Shown here: positions 18,153 through 28,103 of the stretch, one piece after another
Position numbering within the stretch: position 1 is the stretch's first letter
How the letters are laid out: the number at the start of each line of letters is the position of its first letter
Made by a program: the position numbers and the translations under genes
DNA from: Candidatus Gottesmanbacteria bacterium
GTDB lineage: Bacteria; Patescibacteriota; Microgenomatia; UBA10105; UBA927
Length of the DNA stretch: 62,805 nucleotides
Assembly: GCA_016218215.1 (NCBI GenBank)
Contig: JACREM010000041.1
Location: forward strand, 1 to 62,805
Reading direction: 5' to 3'
Notes under the pieces: generated by a model
The model's database searches: none
Told to the model about the DNA's origin: nothing
The model's input: the letters and a program-made list of their open reading frames with translations, nothing else

Positions 18153-19097
18153 ATGGATCCTCAAAGAACGGTTCTTGTCACGGGTGGTGCAGGGTTTATC
18201 GGTTCCCACCTTTGCGACGAACTTCTTGCCCAGAAGTATTCAGTTATTTGTTTTGATAGCCTCATAACGGGTGCAAAAAGTAATATCTCCAAGGCACTTA
18301 CAAACCCCAATTTTAGATTTATCGAGTGTGACGTGACACAGGAGTTACCGAAATTGCCAAAATTATCTTACATCTTTCATCTCGCCTCGCCTGCTTCGGT
18401 CATAGATTATCAGGCACATCCTGAAGAGACGGCGCTCGTAAACTCCATGGGTACAATCGAAATGTTAAAGCTCGCACAGGAACACCAGGCACGGTTTTTG
18501 TTTACGTCAACCTCTGAAATATACGGAGATCCATTAGAACATCCTCAGAAAGAAACGTATTGGGGAAATGTAAACACGGTTGGTGTCAGGTCTTGTTATG
18601 ATGAGTCAAAAAGATTTGGTGAAACGATGACCGATCTTTATGTGGGTAAATATGGGATTGATGGTCGGATAGTTCGAATATTTAATACATACGGACCACG
18701 AATGAGGAAGACAGACGGACGCGTCATATCAAACCTAGTCAATCAGGCTCTCGAGGGAAAACCGCTCACTGTCTATGGAGACGGATTACAGACACGCTCT
18801 TTTTGTTTTGTCTCTGACCTTGTGGATGGGATCATGAAGATGATGGTTACAGACGGACTATCCGGGGAGGTGGTAAATCTCGGAAATCCGGAAGAGTATA
18901 CCACTCTTGATTTAGCTCGAAAAGTACTGTCGATGACCGGCTCTTCTTCGACTATAGTTTTTTACCCGCTCCCCAAAGATGATCCAAAGATGCGGTGCCC
19001 TGATATATCAAAGGCGATACAATTACTCGGATGGAAACCGACGGTAACACTCGAAGAAGGACTTGGGAAAACAATTGAATATTACAAAACCGTATAA
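18153..19097 (+). CDS. uxs: UDP-glucuronate decarboxylase (UDP-xylose synthase)
   Basis: VTGGAGFIGSHLCD, TSTSEIYGDPLEHPQKETYWGNVN, CYDESKR, RIFNTYGPRM and DGRVISNLV are all present. Confidence 0.85.
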   Translation: MDPQRTVLVTGGAGFIGSHLCDELLAQKYSVICFDSLITGAKSNISKALTNPNFRFIECDVTQELPKLPKLSYIFHLASPASVIDYQAHPEETALVNSMGTIEMLKLAQEHQARFLFTSTSEIYGDPLEHPQKETYWGNVNTVGVRSCYDESKRFGETMTDLYVGKYGIDGRIVRIFNTYGPRMRKTDGRVISNLVNQALEGKPLTVYGDGLQTRSFCFVSDLVDGIMKMMVTDGLSGEVVNLGNPEEYTTLDLARKVLSMTGSSSTIVFYPLPKDDPKMRCPDISKAIQLLGWKPTVTLEEGLGKTIEYYKTV

Positions 19098-19116
19098 ATT
19101 TTTATTATTGCATGCC

Positions 19117-19359
19117 ATGAAACCACAGGATATTATATTTTTTATCATATTTTTTGGCCTCATTTCACAGAGAAAATTTGAGTGGCTTGCTGTACTTGGA
19201 CTATTTTGTATTGTGCTCAGTATCCCGCTTTTTTCTCTATGGATTTTTTTCACTGCTGAAAGACTTACGTGGTACGCGGCTCTTTGTATCGCGGTTTCTG
19301 CAATACATCTACTCATTTCACTCAGACACAATGAATATTTGGAGAGGAAGGATATATGA
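19117..19359 (+). CDS. Small membrane protein (about 80 aa)
   Basis: Start trimmed to MKPQDIIFFIIFFGL, after the uxs stop. Two or three hydrophobic helices. ATGA-coupled to galE. No family recognised. Confidence 0.4.
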   Translation: MKPQDIIFFIIFFGLISQRKFEWLAVLGLFCIVLSIPLFSLWIFFTAERLTWYAALCIAVSAIHLLISLRHNEYLERKDI

Positions 19360-20339
19360 AGTTCCTCATCACCGGCGGGGCAGGATATATAGGATCTATC
19401 ACGAATTCGGTTCTTCAAAAAGCCGGACATGAAACAGTAATTTATGACAGAGTCGCATGCCGGAAGAGTAAGGTAGGGGTTCAAACGGAGAGTATAGTAG
19501 GCGATCTCCGTGATCTGTCAGCGATACAAAAAGTATTTAAAACCCATACATTTGATGCGGTCATCCACTTTGCAGCATCTGCGCTTGCGGGTGAATCTAT
19601 GCTTCGTCCACACGAGTATTTTGAAAACAATATTCTCGGCGGATTAAATCTTCTGGAGGCCATGAAGGATAGTGCATGTAAAAATTTTATATTTTCATCG
19701 ACCTGTGCTGTCTATGGATATCCGACAAAGACTCCCGTGACGGAAGATGAAACGATAAAGCCTGTGTCAGTGTACGGAGCGTCCAAGAGGATGTTTGAGG
19801 AGATATTGGCGTGGTATGAAACGTTGTATGGCATCAAGATAGGAATCCTGAGGTACTTTAATGCATCGGGCGCAGCACTTGACGGATCACTCGGTGAACT
19901 TCATGTCCCGGAGACGCACATAATCCCGATCGCGCTTGACGTGGCACTTGGGAAACAGAAAGAATTTTCTCTCTATGGCAATGATTATGAAACAAAGGAT
20001 GGTACATGTGTGCGGGATTATATCCATGTCTTGGATCTCGCAGACGCGCATATACTCGCGGCTTCGCATCTTCGGTCCGGAGGAGCATCATTTACCGTGA
20101 ACTTAGGAGTCGGCAGGGGATATTCGAATCTTGAAATATTATCCATGATAGAAAAAGTCACCCTTAAAAATATTCCATACAAGATACTTCCCCGGCGTGC
20201 CGGTGACCCGGCAAAGATTTTTGCCGATAATACAAAGGCGAAAGAGTTTCTTGGATGGACGCCAAAATATTCGGATCTGGAAACGATCATTTCTTCAGCA
20301 TGGAAATGGCATTCCTTCTTACGGAAGGAAGGATCATGA
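19356..20339 (+). CDS. galE: UDP-glucose 4-epimerase
   Basis: ITGGAGYIGS, SSTCAVYG, YGASKRMFEEIL, RYFNASGA and VRDYIHVLDLADAH are present. Confidence 0.85.
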   Translation: MKFLITGGAGYIGSITNSVLQKAGHETVIYDRVACRKSKVGVQTESIVGDLRDLSAIQKVFKTHTFDAVIHFAASALAGESMLRPHEYFENNILGGLNLLEAMKDSACKNFIFSSTCAVYGYPTKTPVTEDETIKPVSVYGASKRMFEEILAWYETLYGIKIGILRYFNASGAALDGSLGELHVPETHIIPIALDVALGKQKEFSLYGNDYETKDGTCVRDYIHVLDLADAHILAASHLRSGGASFTVNLGVGRGYSNLEILSMIEKVTLKNIPYKILPRRAGDPAKIFADNTKAKEFLGWTPKYSDLETIISSAWKWHSFLRKEGS

Positions 20340-20884
20340 AAATCGGCATAGACATAAGTCAGATAGTTCATGAAGGCACAGGAGTTTCACGATACGTGAG
20401 AGAATTAGTCAGATCACTCCTTGCCATGGATACGAAAAATGAGTATGTTCTTTTTGGCTCGTCACTTCGGAAAAGAGAATCCTTGCATGCCTTTTTTAGA
20501 ACCCTTGGAACGAATGCACGAATCCGGCTCGTCGTTATCCCTTTGCCGCCGACGCTTTTAGATTTTCTTTGGAATGTATTGCATATTCTTCCTATAGAAT
20601 TTTTTATTGGAAAAGTCGACATATTCTGGAGTAGCGACTGGACACAGCCGCCGCTCTTGAGAGCGAGAGGTATTACGACCATACACGACGTGTCTTTCTT
20701 GCGGTATCCTGAAAGTTTTTCTGAGAATATTGTCTCAGTACAAAAGAGGCGACTAAGACATGCGATACGTGAATGTCAGACGATATTGTGTGATTCTCTG
20801 GCGACAAAAGATGACGTGAGCTCATTTTTTTCGCTCGCTCAAGACCGGTTGCAGGTGATATATCCGGGGATAACAACAGTATGA
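20336..20884 (+). CDS. GT4 N-terminal-domain-only protein (truncated glycosyltransferase, possible remnant)
   Basis: 182 aa starting at MKIGIDISQIVHEGTGVSRYVRELV. It ends at the interdomain linker ([10 protein letters not shown]). There is no C-terminal catalytic domain. ATGA overlaps on both sides. Confidence 0.6.
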   Translation: MKIGIDISQIVHEGTGVSRYVRELVRSLLAMDTKNEYVLFGSSLRKRESLHAFFRTLGTNARIRLVVIPLPPTLLDFLWNVLHILPIEFFIGKVDIFWSSDWTQPPLLRARGITTIHDVSFLRYPESFSENIVSVQKRRLRHAIRECQTILCDSLATKDDVSSFFSLAQDRLQVIYPGITTV

Positions 20885-22035
20885 TCATCGCCATAGACGG
20901 ATATGAAGCTAACCATCTAAATAGGGTCGGAATAGGGCGGTATGCGTTTGAAATTTTAAAGCATCTGTATGAGATAGAAGAGAAACGGTTAGAGAGAAAT
21001 GAGTATCGCATCTACCTCCCTTCTGTTCCACTTTCGGATCTACCCAAGGAAACATCGTGGTGGAAATACCGCGTCATACATCCGCGAAAATTTTGGACAT
21101 TCATAGCTTTTCCTCTGGCACTCACTTCTGATATGCCAAGGGCTCACGTCGTCTTTTCTCCGACGCATTATGCCCCGCGATTTGTAACTCTTCCGAGAGT
21201 CATCTCCATCATGGATCTGTCGTATCTCCGGTATCCGGAACTTTTTCGTCCAAGAGACTTATTTAAACTTACCCAGTGGACAAAATATAGTGCAGTAAGC
21301 GCAAAAGCGATATGCACCATCAGTGAATTTAGCCGTCATGATATACTGCATGAGTACCGGGTTGATCCTGCTGCGGTAGTCGTAACGTATCCCGGTATAT
21401 CATTTTCAAGCACAAAAAATATGGATACAAAGTCTTCAGATATCGATGTGATTGCTCTTCCAAAGAAATATATACTGAGCGTAGGCACGCTTCAGCCACG
21501 GAAAAATTATGTACGTCTCATTGACGCTTTTTCGCGACTAAAAACATCTCATGTGAAAGAATATTCCGACGTTTCTCTGCTGATAGTCGGGAAAAAAGGA
21601 TGGCTGTATGACGAGATACTTCATAGTCCCAAAAAGTACGGAGTAGAGTCGTCTGTCCGCTTTTTGGATTTTGTGGAAGACTCTGATCTTCCATCTCTTT
21701 ATAAAAAGGCTCTCTGTTTCGTGCTTCCAAGTCTGTATGAAGGGTTTGGTCTTCCCATACTTGAGGCTATGGCGTATGCATGTCCCGTGGTGGTAAGTAA
21801 CGTATCGAGTCTGCCTGAGATAGCCCTAGGCGCGGGTGTGTATGTAGAGCCTGAAAACATTCAGAGTATTGTCGATGGCATACACAAAGCTATAGTTGAG
21901 AAACAGTTCGATGAAGGGAAAAAACGTATCAAGACTGGTCTTGCACAAGTGAAGAAATTTTCCTGGGAGAATGCAGCCAAAAAAACTCTTGAAATACTCG
22001 AAAAAGTCGGTCAGAAAGGGAAGACACATGAATAG
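20881..22035 (+). CDS. GT4 glycosyltransferase
   Basis: 384 aa, full two-domain protein with [32 protein letters not shown] (EX7E region). Confidence 0.85.
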   Translation: MIIAIDGYEANHLNRVGIGRYAFEILKHLYEIEEKRLERNEYRIYLPSVPLSDLPKETSWWKYRVIHPRKFWTFIAFPLALTSDMPRAHVVFSPTHYAPRFVTLPRVISIMDLSYLRYPELFRPRDLFKLTQWTKYSAVSAKAICTISEFSRHDILHEYRVDPAAVVVTYPGISFSSTKNMDTKSSDIDVIALPKKYILSVGTLQPRKNYVRLIDAFSRLKTSHVKEYSDVSLLIVGKKGWLYDEILHSPKKYGVESSVRFLDFVEDSDLPSLYKKALCFVLPSLYEGFGLPILEAMAYACPVVVSNVSSLPEIALGAGVYVEPENIQSIVDGIHKAIVEKQFDEGKKRIKTGLAQVKKFSWENAAKKTLEILEKVGQKGKTHE

Positions 22036-22630
22036 ATGGATTATAGATTTCTGGGTGTATCTGGCCACTCTCACGGGGTATATCCCAAGTCATACGATAC
22101 GGCTTTTTTTGTATCAGAATTTTTTCCGTATCAAAATAGGAAAAGATTCGTCCGTACACTGGCGCGCGCGGTTTAATCTTCCATCTGGGATCGCGATCGG
22201 ACGCAATACCATCATCGGCAACGATGCATTTCTTGATGGCCGGTTTGTCCGAGAGTGGGCTTCCGGTGAGTCGAAGATTTCGGGATATATTAGAGACTTT
22301 TTACATCCGAAGTGTCGTCCGCTTCGGATCGGAAATAATGTCTCAATAGCAGGAGAGGTACGGATATTTACCATGGAACATGATATAGATAGTTCTGATT
22401 TTAAAGAACAGGCGGGAGAAGTCATAATAGATGACTACGTCGTTATCGGGACGAGAGTTATAATTCTTCCCGGTGTGCATGTAGGAAAAGGTGCTGTGAT
22501 TGCCTCCGGAGCAGTCGTCACAAAAGACGTAGAACCATATGCCGTGGTCGGGGGAGTTCCGGCAAAATTGATAAAAACACGATTTAAGGATCTTCGGTAT
22601 ACGCTCAAATTTTCCCGTTTATTCCAGTAA
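22028..22630 (+). CDS. Hexapeptide-repeat (LbH) O-acetyltransferase
   Basis: Start trimmed to MNRWIIDFW (8-nt overlap). LbH repeats are present ([14 protein letters not shown].., [42 protein letters not shown]). Confidence 0.8.
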   Translation: MNRWIIDFWVYLATLTGYIPSHTIRLFLYQNFFRIKIGKDSSVHWRARFNLPSGIAIGRNTIIGNDAFLDGRFVREWASGESKISGYIRDFLHPKCRPLRIGNNVSIAGEVRIFTMEHDIDSSDFKEQAGEVIIDDYVVIGTRVIILPGVHVGKGAVIASGAVVTKDVEPYAVVGGVPAKLIKTRFKDLRYTLKFSRLFQ

Positions 22631-22643
22631 ATACGTATTTATC

Positions 22644-23507
22644 ATGGATCTAAGCATTATTATTCCGAATTTTAATACAAAAAATCTTCTCACAAAGTGT
22701 CTTACATCTATCGAAACTTCGCTTTCTGCGGCTTTAATACGGTATGAAATTATTGTTATTGATAATGGGTCGAAGGATGGGTCTATTGCACTGATAAAAA
22801 GAAGCTTTCCTCATGTCGTTTTAATACAGAATAAAACGAATGTGGGGTACGGAAAGTCAAATAATGTAGGCATAAAAAGAGCAAAAGGTGAGTGTGTATT
22901 GCTTTTAAATTCGGATATTGAAGTGTTGGACTCAGCTATAAAAACCCTATACTCTTCTATACAAACGTCGAAGGACATTTTTTTAGGTGGACGGTTGTTA
23001 AATCCTGATTATTCTCCTCAGTCATCCTGTGGACCCATGTATACACTTCCCGTCGTTTTCACGATGCTATTCCTTAAGGGAGATGTGCTTGGAATTACTC
23101 GGGGCTCTCCTTCGAGAATTTCAAAAGTCGATTGGATATCCGGAGCATGTCTTATGGGCCGAAAGACAGATTTTATACAGATTGGTCTTTTTGATGAAAA
23201 GATTTTTATGTATATGGACGAGATTGATTTTCTCTATCGGGCAAAGCAAAAAGGGTATACGATAGTATATAATCCAGATGCCCGATTTATCCATGTGGGA
23301 GCTGCGAGCAGCGGGACAAAAAAAACGCCGATTCTCAATATCTATACGGGACTTTTATATTTTTACTCAAAACACCGTTCTCAATCAGAGCTTAGTGTTT
23401 TAAAGGTGTTGTTGCGTATAAAAGCTCGGATGGTAATAGTGATTTGTAATCTCATTGGCCGAAAGGAAATAGTTTCAATATATGAAAAAGCTCTGGCTCT
23501 GGTGTAA
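22644..23507 (+). CDS. GT2 family glycosyltransferase
   Basis: LSIIIPNFN, VIDNGSKDGS, LLLNSDIEV and GACLMGRK..FDEKIFMYMDEIDFLYRAKQKGY are present. Confidence 0.85.
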   Translation: MDLSIIIPNFNTKNLLTKCLTSIETSLSAALIRYEIIVIDNGSKDGSIALIKRSFPHVVLIQNKTNVGYGKSNNVGIKRAKGECVLLLNSDIEVLDSAIKTLYSSIQTSKDIFLGGRLLNPDYSPQSSCGPMYTLPVVFTMLFLKGDVLGITRGSPSRISKVDWISGACLMGRKTDFIQIGLFDEKIFMYMDEIDFLYRAKQKGYTIVYNPDARFIHVGAASSGTKKTPILNIYTGLLYFYSKHRSQSELSVLKVLLRIKARMVIVICNLIGRKEIVSIYEKALALV

Positions 23508-26500
23508 AGAAAATATTTTGTTTATAAGCAGTATTGTTTTGCTTATTTTCATTCCGTTGTATCCGAAGTTTCCTTTACTGGATATAAAAAATACATGGGT
23601 GTATGTGCGGATAGAAGATTTTCTGGTGCTGGCAGTACTTTTCATATGGGGTCTACTTGCCCTCAAACATCGTATTAGCCTCAAAACTCCGATCACGATT
23701 CCTATATTTCTCTTTTGGCTCTCCGGTGCCATAGCGACACTGCATGGGATATTACTTATATTTCCAACACTCCAGGTGGCCTATCCGAACGTAGCGTTTT
23801 TAAGCTTTCTCCGTCGTATGGAGTATATTTCCATGTTTTTTGTGGCATACGCTTCAGTCAAGGAAAAGAAGTATCTGGGTGTGTTGGTTCTCGCGATAGT
23901 TTTTACGCTTCTCTCAGTCTCTCTCTATGGCATCGGACAAATATATGTGGGTTTCCCGGCATTTCTGACCATGAACGAAGAGTATGCCAAAGGACTTGCT
24001 ATCCATCTGTCGAGGTTATCCCGGATATCTTCGACGTTTAGCGGGCATTATGATCTTGCTGCATATCTTGTACTCATACTGCCTATTATCGCGAGCATGA
24101 TTTTTGGTTTCCGGAATTTATTTGTACGGGTGTTTTTGGTCTTCAGTGCGGTACTCGGGTTTATCGCACTTTTTATGACCGTATCCCGGATATCGTTTTT
24201 TGCGCTATTTGTGTCGTTTGGCTTGGTACTTTTTATGCACAAGAAAAAATTCGTATTATATTCTATCCCGGTGGTGGTGGTGCTTGCTCTTTTATTTTTA
24301 AGTCTTTCTCCGAAGGTGTTTGAGCGGTTTAGCAATACGATAAAAGCGATAGATGTCGTAGTCGACGCGAAAACCGGGGATCCTATCGGACATACCAAAA
24401 CCGTACCAAGAAGCTACTTTGTCGATAAAACCGTTAAGCAACAATACACTCAATCAATAAAAAATATCTACGGGTATGCAAGCGCGTCTGCAATGCTCAT
24501 AGTACACGAAGCTGAATTACCCGAGAAGGTAACGTTACTTCTTGAACCCAGTTCACCGACCGGAGAAGATTTGCCCCAGGGTACGGGCTATATAAATCTG
24601 TCGCTTTCACCAATACTTCAAAAGCTCGATACGTTTTTGTATGAACCAAAGCCAAGAGTAGCGACTACGTCGGCAGAGGTATTTGTCATAAATGGAAATT
24701 TTCTTGTGAAGAAAGTATTTACGTATGATCTCTCGTTTACCACCCGGTTTCAGGGCGAATGGCCGAAGGCAATGGAAGCATTTTCTAAAAATATTCTTTT
24801 CGGGAGCGGGTATGGGTCGATAGGACTTGCGGTAGACAATAGCTATCTTCGGATGTTAGCCGAGGTTGGGCTTCTGGGTTTTTTCTCGTTTTTCTCAATT
24901 TTTATCATAGTCGGAGTCTACATAAAAAAGATTTTGCCTGATGTTGATTCCAGACTTCTTCGAAGTGTTGTCATCGGTTTTACCGCAGGGCTCGTTGGCC
25001 TTGCAATCAATGCGCTATTTATAGACGTATTTGAGGCGTCTAAGGTCGCATTTGTCACATGGATATTCCTTGGATTTATCTTGGGTTTACTAAGACTCTA
25101 TGAGCGAAAACCGGTACATATCTCTAAAGAGTTTTTACATGTATTGGTCTCGACTCCAGCGATAGTCGTATATATCGCACTTACCGCATTTCTTCTTTAC
25201 TCTCCTATGACACATAATTATTTTGTGGGAGATGATTTTACCTGGTTTCGGTGGGCTTCCGACTGTAGTGTAAAAACCGCATCAGGATCATGTCCGGTTG
25301 ATGCAAAGACGATTGTGCGGTATTTTACCGAGTCGAATGGATTTTTCTACAGACCGGGATCGAAGGTGTATTTTCTTCTCATGTATTCTCTTTTTTGGCT
25401 CAATCAATCTGCATATCATATAGTCTCTCTCATGCTGCATGGGGTAGTGGCCATACTTGTATTTTTTCTTTCTAAAAAATTATTGAAAAATATATATTTT
25501 GCCCTCTCAGCAGGTATATTATTTTTACTACTTAACGGAAATGCAGAGGCGGTGTACTGGGTCAGTGCGACCGGGTTTCTATTTAGTGCTGTCTTTTCGC
25601 TCTTGGGACTTTTAAGTTTTATATCGTTTGAAGAAAATAAAGAACGTAGGTTTGTCGTATTTTCAGTGATGTTTATATTGCTCTCTACGTTTTTTCACGA
25701 AGTCGGTATAGTGACTCCAATTCTCATACTGCTTTACCGGAGTATATATAGTCCGGGTGAATCTATGCGTAGACTTTGGACTGATAAAATATCAAAGTTG
25801 TTGTTTTTGCCGGTTCCGGTATATTTGTCTATGCGCTACATATCCCAGAGTCATTGGCTTTCTGGTGACTATAGCTATAATCTGTTGCGGCTGCCTCTAA
25901 ACGTCGCCGGAAATAGTTTTGGATATCTGATGCTCACTGTTTTTGGTCCTATCTCTGAGCCTTTGTATCAGATTATCCGGACAGGGTTAAAAGCGCATGT
26001 CATCATTGCCGCGATTATCATAGTATCGGCATCTGTCGTCGGTGTATGGTTTGTCCGGAAATACAGTCACATTTTAGAAAAACAGGACAGGCTCACCATA
26101 CATTTTGGCATACTCTTTTTTGTAGTTTCGCTCCTGCCGTTTTTAGGTCTTGGAAATATGTCATCCCGGTATAGTTATCTCTCGACTATCGGCGTGATTT
26201 TTATACTCATAATAATTGCTAAATATCTCTTTAAGTCTTTACTATATAACGGAAAAATGATTGCAGGCTTTGGTACGGCGGTAGCAATATCTGCATTTGT
26301 GCTTTTTCAGATCATCCAGCAGCAGCAGATAACGTCGGACTGGTATGAGGCGGGAAAAAGAACGCATGCATTTATCGTTTCCATGGGAGGATCGTATGAA
26401 AACGGATGGGCAAGCATGCCTATGGAGCTTCATTTTGTGAATGTTCCGATACGGCATGGCGGTGCATGGGTGTTTCCTGTAGGCATGCCTGATGCATTGT

Positions 26501-26658
26501 GGCTTTTGTATCGAAATCCAAAACTACGGATATTTGCCTGGCCGTCTTTATCACAGGCTTTTGACGCTGTGATGGCAGGCTCTGATACCCAAAAGGTATT
26601 TGAATTTGAGGAAAAAGGAAGTGTGGTTGAACGCATAAAACCGCAGACGATACAATGA
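23482..26658 (+). CDS. Fusion protein: O-antigen ligase/polymerase (Wzy_C-like) domain plus a second GT-C-like multi-TM module
   Basis: 1058 aa. The N-terminal half carries Wzy_C-like features (SRLSRISSTFSGHYDLAAY.., FMTVSRISFFAL, FGSGYGSIGLAVDNSYLRMLAEVGLLGF). The C-terminal half has another 10 or more TM helices opening with YFVGDDFTWFRW. Confidence 0.65.
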   Translation: MKKLWLWCKENILFISSIVLLIFIPLYPKFPLLDIKNTWVYVRIEDFLVLAVLFIWGLLALKHRISLKTPITIPIFLFWLSGAIATLHGILLIFPTLQVAYPNVAFLSFLRRMEYISMFFVAYASVKEKKYLGVLVLAIVFTLLSVSLYGIGQIYVGFPAFLTMNEEYAKGLAIHLSRLSRISSTFSGHYDLAAYLVLILPIIASMIFGFRNLFVRVFLVFSAVLGFIALFMTVSRISFFALFVSFGLVLFMHKKKFVLYSIPVVVVLALLFLSLSPKVFERFSNTIKAIDVVVDAKTGDPIGHTKTVPRSYFVDKTVKQQYTQSIKNIYGYASASAMLIVHEAELPEKVTLLLEPSSPTGEDLPQGTGYINLSLSPILQKLDTFLYEPKPRVATTSAEVFVINGNFLVKKVFTYDLSFTTRFQGEWPKAMEAFSKNILFGSGYGSIGLAVDNSYLRMLAEVGLLGFFSFFSIFIIVGVYIKKILPDVDSRLLRSVVIGFTAGLVGLAINALFIDVFEASKVAFVTWIFLGFILGLLRLYERKPVHISKEFLHVLVSTPAIVVYIALTAFLLYSPMTHNYFVGDDFTWFRWASDCSVKTASGSCPVDAKTIVRYFTESNGFFYRPGSKVYFLLMYSLFWLNQSAYHIVSLMLHGVVAILVFFLSKKLLKNIYFALSAGILFLLLNGNAEAVYWVSATGFLFSAVFSLLGLLSFISFEENKERRFVVFSVMFILLSTFFHEVGIVTPILILLYRSIYSPGESMRRLWTDKISKLLFLPVPVYLSMRYISQSHWLSGDYSYNLLRLPLNVAGNSFGYLMLTVFGPISEPLYQIIRTGLKAHVIIAAIIIVSASVVGVWFVRKYSHILEKQDRLTIHFGILFFVVSLLPFLGLGNMSSRYSYLSTIGVIFILIIIAKYLFKSLLYNGKMIAGFGTAVAISAFVLFQIIQQQQITSDWYEAGKRTHAFIVSMGGSYENGWASMPMELHFVNVPIRHGGAWVFPVGMPDALWLLYRNPKLRIFAWPSLSQAFDAVMAGSDTQKVFEFEEKGSVVERIKPQTIQ

Positions 26659-28103
26659 AAAAGTTAACGGTGTTTTTACTTTTAGCTCTCGTGATCCTTG
26701 ATATTGGGGTTCGTTTGTATCATGTAACAAGCCCTGTCGCAGACTGGCATAGTTGGCGGCAATCAGACACTGCGGCAGTCGCCAGAAATTTTATCAAACG
26801 GGGATTTGATCCGTTTCGGCCACGCTATGATGATCTATCAAACATACAATCAGGAAAAGATAATCCACAAGGGTATCGCATGGTGGAATTCCCGCTGTAC
26901 CAGACAATAGGTTTTGGACTGTGGAAAATTTTCCCCAAATTGTCGATTGAAGAATCTCTTAGGATAGTGAGTATTTTTTCTTCAGTAGTGAGTGTGGTAA
27001 CGTTATTTTATATTGCATCCGTTATCCGTTCTCCCGTAGTTGGATTTTTTTCTGCTCTGACTTTTGCACTCCTGCCATACAATGTGTACTTCGGGAGGGT
27101 GATTTTGCCTGAATCATTTATGGTTTCACTTGTTCTTGTATCCATCGCTGTTGGTTTATATGCATCAATATCTCGTGGCAGTGCAAAATATGTTTTGTTT
27201 TTCGTCTCAGCGCTCTGTTCTGCCTTGGCATTTTTGGTAAAGCCGACTGCCGGTTTTTTTCTTTTACCGCTTCTCCCCATATTTATAGCCGGATTCGGAG
27301 TTTCTTTTGAAAGTATCGTACTTGCGCTTTTGTATATAACTGTTTCGATCGTTCCACTTCTCCTTTGGAGAAAATGGATACTTCAATTTCCTGAAGGTAT
27401 TCCCGTTTTTGAGTGGCTTTTTAACGGAAATGGGATTCGATTTACCCCGGCGTGGTTACGATGGATATTTTCTGAAAGAATTGCTCAACTTATACTTGGC
27501 TCTTGGGGCTTGGTATTTCTTTGCCTTGGAATGCTTGGCAGTAAAAACAGGAGAGAGGCGTGGTTTATCTTTCTTTGGATAGCGGGTGTACTCGGATACG
27601 TAGCGATTGTCGCTACCGGCAACGTCCAGCATGATTATTATCAGGTGCCTTTGATACCAGTCATAAGTTATCTTGTTGGAAGAGGGATGCTTATTTTGTG
27701 GAGAGTTGCAGAAAAGGAGCGTATTGCAGGGGTTATTATAATAGGGTGCGTATATGTGCTTATGGTTACCATACCCTGGTATACCATGAAGACGTATTAT
27801 TGGATAAATCGTCAGGCGATCGTTGACGCTGGATCGTTTGCCGATAGGGTGTTGCCAAAAGACGCGAAAGTTATAGCGCCGTACAACGGAGATACGACGT
27901 TTTTGTATCAGACAAACAGACCAGGCTGGCCACTCGGATTTGATATTGCCCAAAAAATAAAATTCGGAGCCACTCATTACGTGACTGTTTCTCCGACGGA
28001 TTTGGATCTTGAGACTCGCGATCTTACCAATATGTATACAGTAGTTGAGCGAAATGAGCAGTTTGCCATTATTGATCTTACTAAACCTCGAAAGGCGCCA
28101 TGA
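26655..28103 (+). CDS. GT39/ArnT-like (GT-C) membrane glycosyltransferase
   Basis: 482 aa. The first-loop motif DWHSWRQSDTAAVARNF is followed by about 11 TM helices and a small soluble C-terminal domain. Confidence 0.7.
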   Translation: MKKLTVFLLLALVILDIGVRLYHVTSPVADWHSWRQSDTAAVARNFIKRGFDPFRPRYDDLSNIQSGKDNPQGYRMVEFPLYQTIGFGLWKIFPKLSIEESLRIVSIFSSVVSVVTLFYIASVIRSPVVGFFSALTFALLPYNVYFGRVILPESFMVSLVLVSIAVGLYASISRGSAKYVLFFVSALCSALAFLVKPTAGFFLLPLLPIFIAGFGVSFESIVLALLYITVSIVPLLLWRKWILQFPEGIPVFEWLFNGNGIRFTPAWLRWIFSERIAQLILGSWGLVFLCLGMLGSKNRREAWFIFLWIAGVLGYVAIVATGNVQHDYYQVPLIPVISYLVGRGMLILWRVAEKERIAGVIIIGCVYVLMVTIPWYTMKTYYWINRQAIVDAGSFADRVLPKDAKVIAPYNGDTTFLYQTNRPGWPLGFDIAQKIKFGATHYVTVSPTDLDLETRDLTNMYTVVERNEQFAIIDLTKPRKAP

